A stretch of DNA of 55,378 bases, counting the filler, from Basidiobolus ranarum (lineage: Eukaryota): assembly GCA_040143965.1 (NCBI GenBank). It is 3 parts of 3 records of this genome, joined end to end, with 100 filler letters (N's around TTAATTAATTAA, not from the genome) between each part and the next. Parts side by side here need not be neighbours in the genome. Positions count along the whole stretch, not along the records: positions 37,024 to 55,378 come from JASJQH010000278.1; 2 more parts are not named here. One strand, 5' to 3'. A model generated the notes under the pieces. That model did no database searches. It had not been told where the DNA came from and worked only from the letters and a program-made list of their open reading frames with translations. Below are positions 51,601 to 55,378 of this stretch, one piece after another. Both the position numbers and the translations under genes were made by a program. The first letter of the stretch is position 1. The number at the start of each line of letters is the position of its first letter.

Positions 51601-52490
51601 GTAGTGTTCTAACACTTGGCCTGGGGTATACATTTCTTCGCTACGAGGTTTCTGTTCCTCTTCAGTATCATCGGTCTCTCCGTGCTCGGTATTTGCCATG
51701 TCCTGATGATTGGACCAGTCAATAGGCGAGGGAGGAACCTCCATATGAAGGTCAGTGCAAAATCGAACTCTCTTGATTTCTTTTTCAACTTCTTCTGTTA
51801 TATCATCATCTTCAAATGGAATAGTTGACTCAGGTGGATGATTGCTGCTCTTAGATTTAAATAAAGAGTTTCGCATGAAATTAGAGGTGTTGACCTTGGT
51901 ATTAGCATAAGTTGATGCTTTTGAGCCTCCAAATATCCAATCACGAATTCGAGACTTTGAGGAACTATTTGCTAAGCTATGATATGCAGAGGTAGTTCTT
52001 AAGATAGATTTTTGGGGTCGAGTTGTAGGAGGCGGTGGAACTTTCTTTTGTATGCGGATATCTAAAAATTAGAATAACGTAATGTAAATAATTAAATATG
52101 TATTCGTATGTATGACGGTAGATGATCTTTGGAGAAACTTATGAATATCTTGAAATATGTCTCTTTACCATCGTCTGTCTCTACATAGAGGTCTGAAGCA
52201 TCTTCTCCATCAGAAGGAACATCCTTAGCGTCAAGTTCTTCATCAGATACTGGCTTATGACTATCCAACAGCCAAGCCAGGGCACGATCTAAATTGCCCC
52301 CTCCACTCTCGAAGATGGCAGTCTCGGCCATAGATGGAGAAAATCCCATAGATATAAGTTGTGCTAGTATATCGTTGGGATGTTGCATAGAATGACCAAA
52401 TGTATCCCGCTTTACCAGTGGAGGAGGTTCAGTGTGTGAAGGAATAGCCTCCTCAGTTCCAACAATCTGGTTTTCAGATTGTTCGGCCAT
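48644..52490 (-). CDS. UBA + RI-like LRR protein, PPP1R37/Gip3/Her1-like PP1 regulator, with C-terminal ~65-aa repeats
   Basis: UBA LISMGFS..AETAI....GNLDRALAWL, KSILR, KRVRF, YEATCRTREEP, LRR exons (LRNNQI, LDVSMNEI, LDLSSNPEI), LSRDILSTCIRN and a repeat-rich last exon. Confidence 0.85.
48728..49576 (-). repeat. Coding tandem repeat, ~65 aa x about 4.5 (ME.EEAQ.L...KKVQFG...LI)
   Basis: Conserved Met at aa 87/152/217/281/347 and Phe at 107/173/239/303 of ORF 48644-49807. Confidence 0.85.
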
Positions 52491-54127
52491 AACAGTAATG
52501 TGGTTGTAGTATTTTTGATATTTTAGGAAGAAATTATGAAAGGATTTCAATCCCTTGTTTGTAAATAAAGATGGTTGAACCCTTTGCGATCTTTAAACTG
52601 TGTTCACTACTTCTACGATTGAAGTATATACCACTAAAAGAAGTAGTATCGACAACACTAGAGTTTCTACTGGTTGATAATAAAAGAAAACTTGCTAATC
52701 GGAGCACCCAAGCTACTCTTCAAGCTTTAGGTGAAACAAACGTAAACAGGGTGAGAAGTGGATAAATACAGCTGAGTGTAACAACTTCAACTTCAAGGGT
52801 ATATATATTTGATGTAGGATTATAGCATATCATTGATTCCTCTGATCGCAGATGATTTTAAAACAATTGAAAATACAGGAAATTAGTTCGGCATAGCCAG
52901 TATTCGCATATAACGAGTAGTAAATTAGGGACATCGAGAATACAAGATTACATATAAAGTATTGAAGATTCACACAACTACATATGCTTCGATTGATGTC
53001 AATAAAAATGGATGTGAAAGAATTCGACAACTCTTGCATTTGTTTGAAGCATTAGAAGCTGTAGTATTATAACGCATCATCCTCTACACTCAAGGACCCT
53101 CTTGAATCTTTTGGGTATGTACAAATCACATGCTCAACTACACCCATCTTAAGCCACACCATTGTGGCCTCAACGATACTTAGCATTTAGGCATATCTTA
53201 GTAAAAATACCGGAATCTAATTTGCCCTGATTATGGAGATAGATACACAAGATGAACTAGGAAAATCTAGGCTGTTCATTGAATCTTGAGAACTTTATAC
53301 AACATTGGCGGGAAACAATATAGAATCCTCTTTGGGCATAGAACAGATAGAAACTTTCTTCGGCGGACACAGAAGGAATACTTTCAAACAGCACGGTCTT
53401 GTACTATTCGCTGGACACTTACACTGTCACTAACCAACGCTAAAGAAATGAGAAACAGAACATGAAAGTGTTGTGCTAGCAGAATCTGGAGTAGATACTG
53501 ACGTGAATCATTATCTGCCATTAAGATATCATGAACACCATCGAAAAAAGTTCGAAGTGATATCTAATTTTTGGCACTGAATTTGATTTGTAATTGATCT
53601 CCAATAGAAAAATGTAAAAATTAACTCTGATTTTCAGCTTTCAGAATAGTAGAGTCAGCCGCAACGATATATCACACAGATGGATGGTACGGGCTGAATG
53701 TCACGATTTCATCAATAAACCATGATCCCTACAACGCATGGGCCTTAAATATTTTCAGTTTTACACAGCATCAGTACATGAGAAGCTTGAAAAACGCCAG
53801 TCGGATCATTCATCTAGAAAGAGCTGACTATGTCATACACCCTAAATCCCAATCTGCCAAATAGCTAACATGTTCTATCTTCGCAAAGAGGATTGACATC
53901 AAATTGTCCTTTGACATCAGTTTTTCCATCAACTTTTGATGACGTTGGAGTTTGCTTTCTGATTCAAAATGTTTACCCATAAGCTGGTGAATTACAGCCA
54001 ACAGCCATAGGATAAAAAGCCTAGTTTATTTTTCTACAATTAATGCTTCCAAAAGCCTAAAGTAGATCCATACATCAACTGCTTCGTATAATGGATAGGT
54101 AAACTTAGTGCCCAACCAATTTCATAG

Positions 54128-55378
54128 CTATGAGTAAGCTAAGACTAAATAAGTTTCATTGAGAGGTACTGCACGTTCTTTTCCGTTACGCGTATAAAGC
54201 ATTCCAGGTGTGTGTGCACCAACTTTACCTAAGAAACGTCCATTCTTATAATCAATAGCGGCAAGGTACAACTAATAAATGAAATTTAGCTTCAATAGCA
54301 AGGAATCTACTTGTAAATCATCAATTCAACATACCGGATCCCCTTTAATATCCAATCCACATTCAATAGGTTTGAAAGACACTTGATTCAAATTTAGTGT
54401 TCCACTGGTTTCAACCCATCTCGTTAGCTTTGGGTCACCACATAGAACGTAATAATCTTTTAATACGGCAAAGTCACCTGGAAGGAAATGAAGATTAAAT
54501 TATTTTTGAAATCGGGCTGTAATGATCGTAAATAAAACAAGCATTACCTGCAAACCCAACTCGAACTCCTTGAAGTGCTGGTGTAACTCGCCCAATCTGT
54601 ATACTCTTGCGGTGGTATGCTCTACATGATAAAAAATACGTTATTAAATATAAGTTATACCAACGTATTCTTAGTACATACCTAGCAGCATACGAGAGTG
54701 CACCGTCTGACTCCTTGCCCAAAGGAATGGAGCCTTCTGGGATTAAGCTATTGATCAAAAGTTATTAGAATGAATTAAGGAAGAAAAGAGAGTAGAATAC
54801 CAGTACCCTTTGTTCGCGTAAACCCATTTAAATGGAAAATCAGGCCGAGTCCCCGGAGGAGCCGGTGGTGGAGGAGGAAGTCCCGTGGGATGACCATCAG
54901 TAGATGGCCGTTGTGGCAAAGGTGGTTTGTGCATCTGAGAATTACTGTTGTATGAGTAACTTCCAGTACTAACGATTGGAGTAATAAACCCACCAGGGAC
55001 ACTATGGGGGAAAGTGGGAGAAGTGGGAGAGTGGACAGGATTTGGAGGGTATCCGACATTTGTTGGATAGCCCTGATTGGGTTGTGGAGGATAGCCACTA
55101 TTGTGTCGAGAAAAGCCTATCTCTGGCGATGAAGAGAAGCCAGCCTCAGGTGGTGGTGGATAGCTGCTATCTTGACGAGAGAAGCCAGTATTGGAATGAG
55201 GAGGGTACCCAGGGCTCTGTGGAGATGTAAAACTTGAGTTTTGTGGATAGCCAGTATTATGTTGAGGAGGATAGCCAGTGTTGTGTTGAGGGGGATAGCC
55301 AGCATTGTGTTGAGGAGGATAACCTGCTTTGTGTTGAGGAGGATAGCCAGCGTTGGGTTGAGGAGGGTAGCGGGCTTT
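54128..55378 (-). CDS. GYPP/Pro-rich protein with C-terminal DM9 (DUF3421) repeats, 5' end outside the window
   Basis: KWVYANKG/IPEGSIPLGKESDGALSYAAR/AYHRKSIQIGRV, YYVLCGDPKLTRWV, PIECGLDIKGDP/LYLAAIDYKNGRFLGKVGAH, GKE...YLVLAYS*. Confidence 0.85.
55244..55372 (-). repeat. 24-bp coding minisatellite (GYPPQHN[A/T] octapeptide, at least 5 copies)
   Basis: RYPPQPNA GYPPQHKA GYPPQHNA GYPPQHNT GYPPQHNT GYP. Confidence 0.9.

Overview
AT-rich, intron-rich eukaryotic DNA with short (~55-80 nt) introns. Gene content and sequence style point to an early-diverging fungus (Zoopagomycota/Mucoromycota-like); this is an inference. Two 100-nt N44-TTAATTAATTAA-N44 linkers (18420-18519, 36924-37023) show that three contigs were concatenated. 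Recognisable genes: class V aminotransferase, V-ATPase subunit a, Cch1 Ca2+ channel (cut by a gap), THI20-type HMP kinase/TenA, fimbrin, EF-hand proline dehydrogenase, Rab7, choline-phosphate cytidylyltransferase, isovaleryl-CoA dehydrogenase, HEATR5/Laa1, Erg3, a UBA-LRR PP1-regulator-like protein and a GYPP-repeat DM9 protein. There are also orphan membrane and secreted proteins and two pseudogenes (peroxiredoxin, ChrR-type FMN reductase). The most notable items are missed by the ORF track: two ~750-820 nt non-coding intervals with many nested, strand-specific (G-U supported) helices that look like unannotated large structured ncRNAs, a Kex2/Ste13-type precursor of a cationic amphipathic peptide, a RAM/RAMAC-like RGG protein, and a tandem array of RVxF-type motifs. 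All RNA pairings and exon structures were derived by eye and need computational confirmation.
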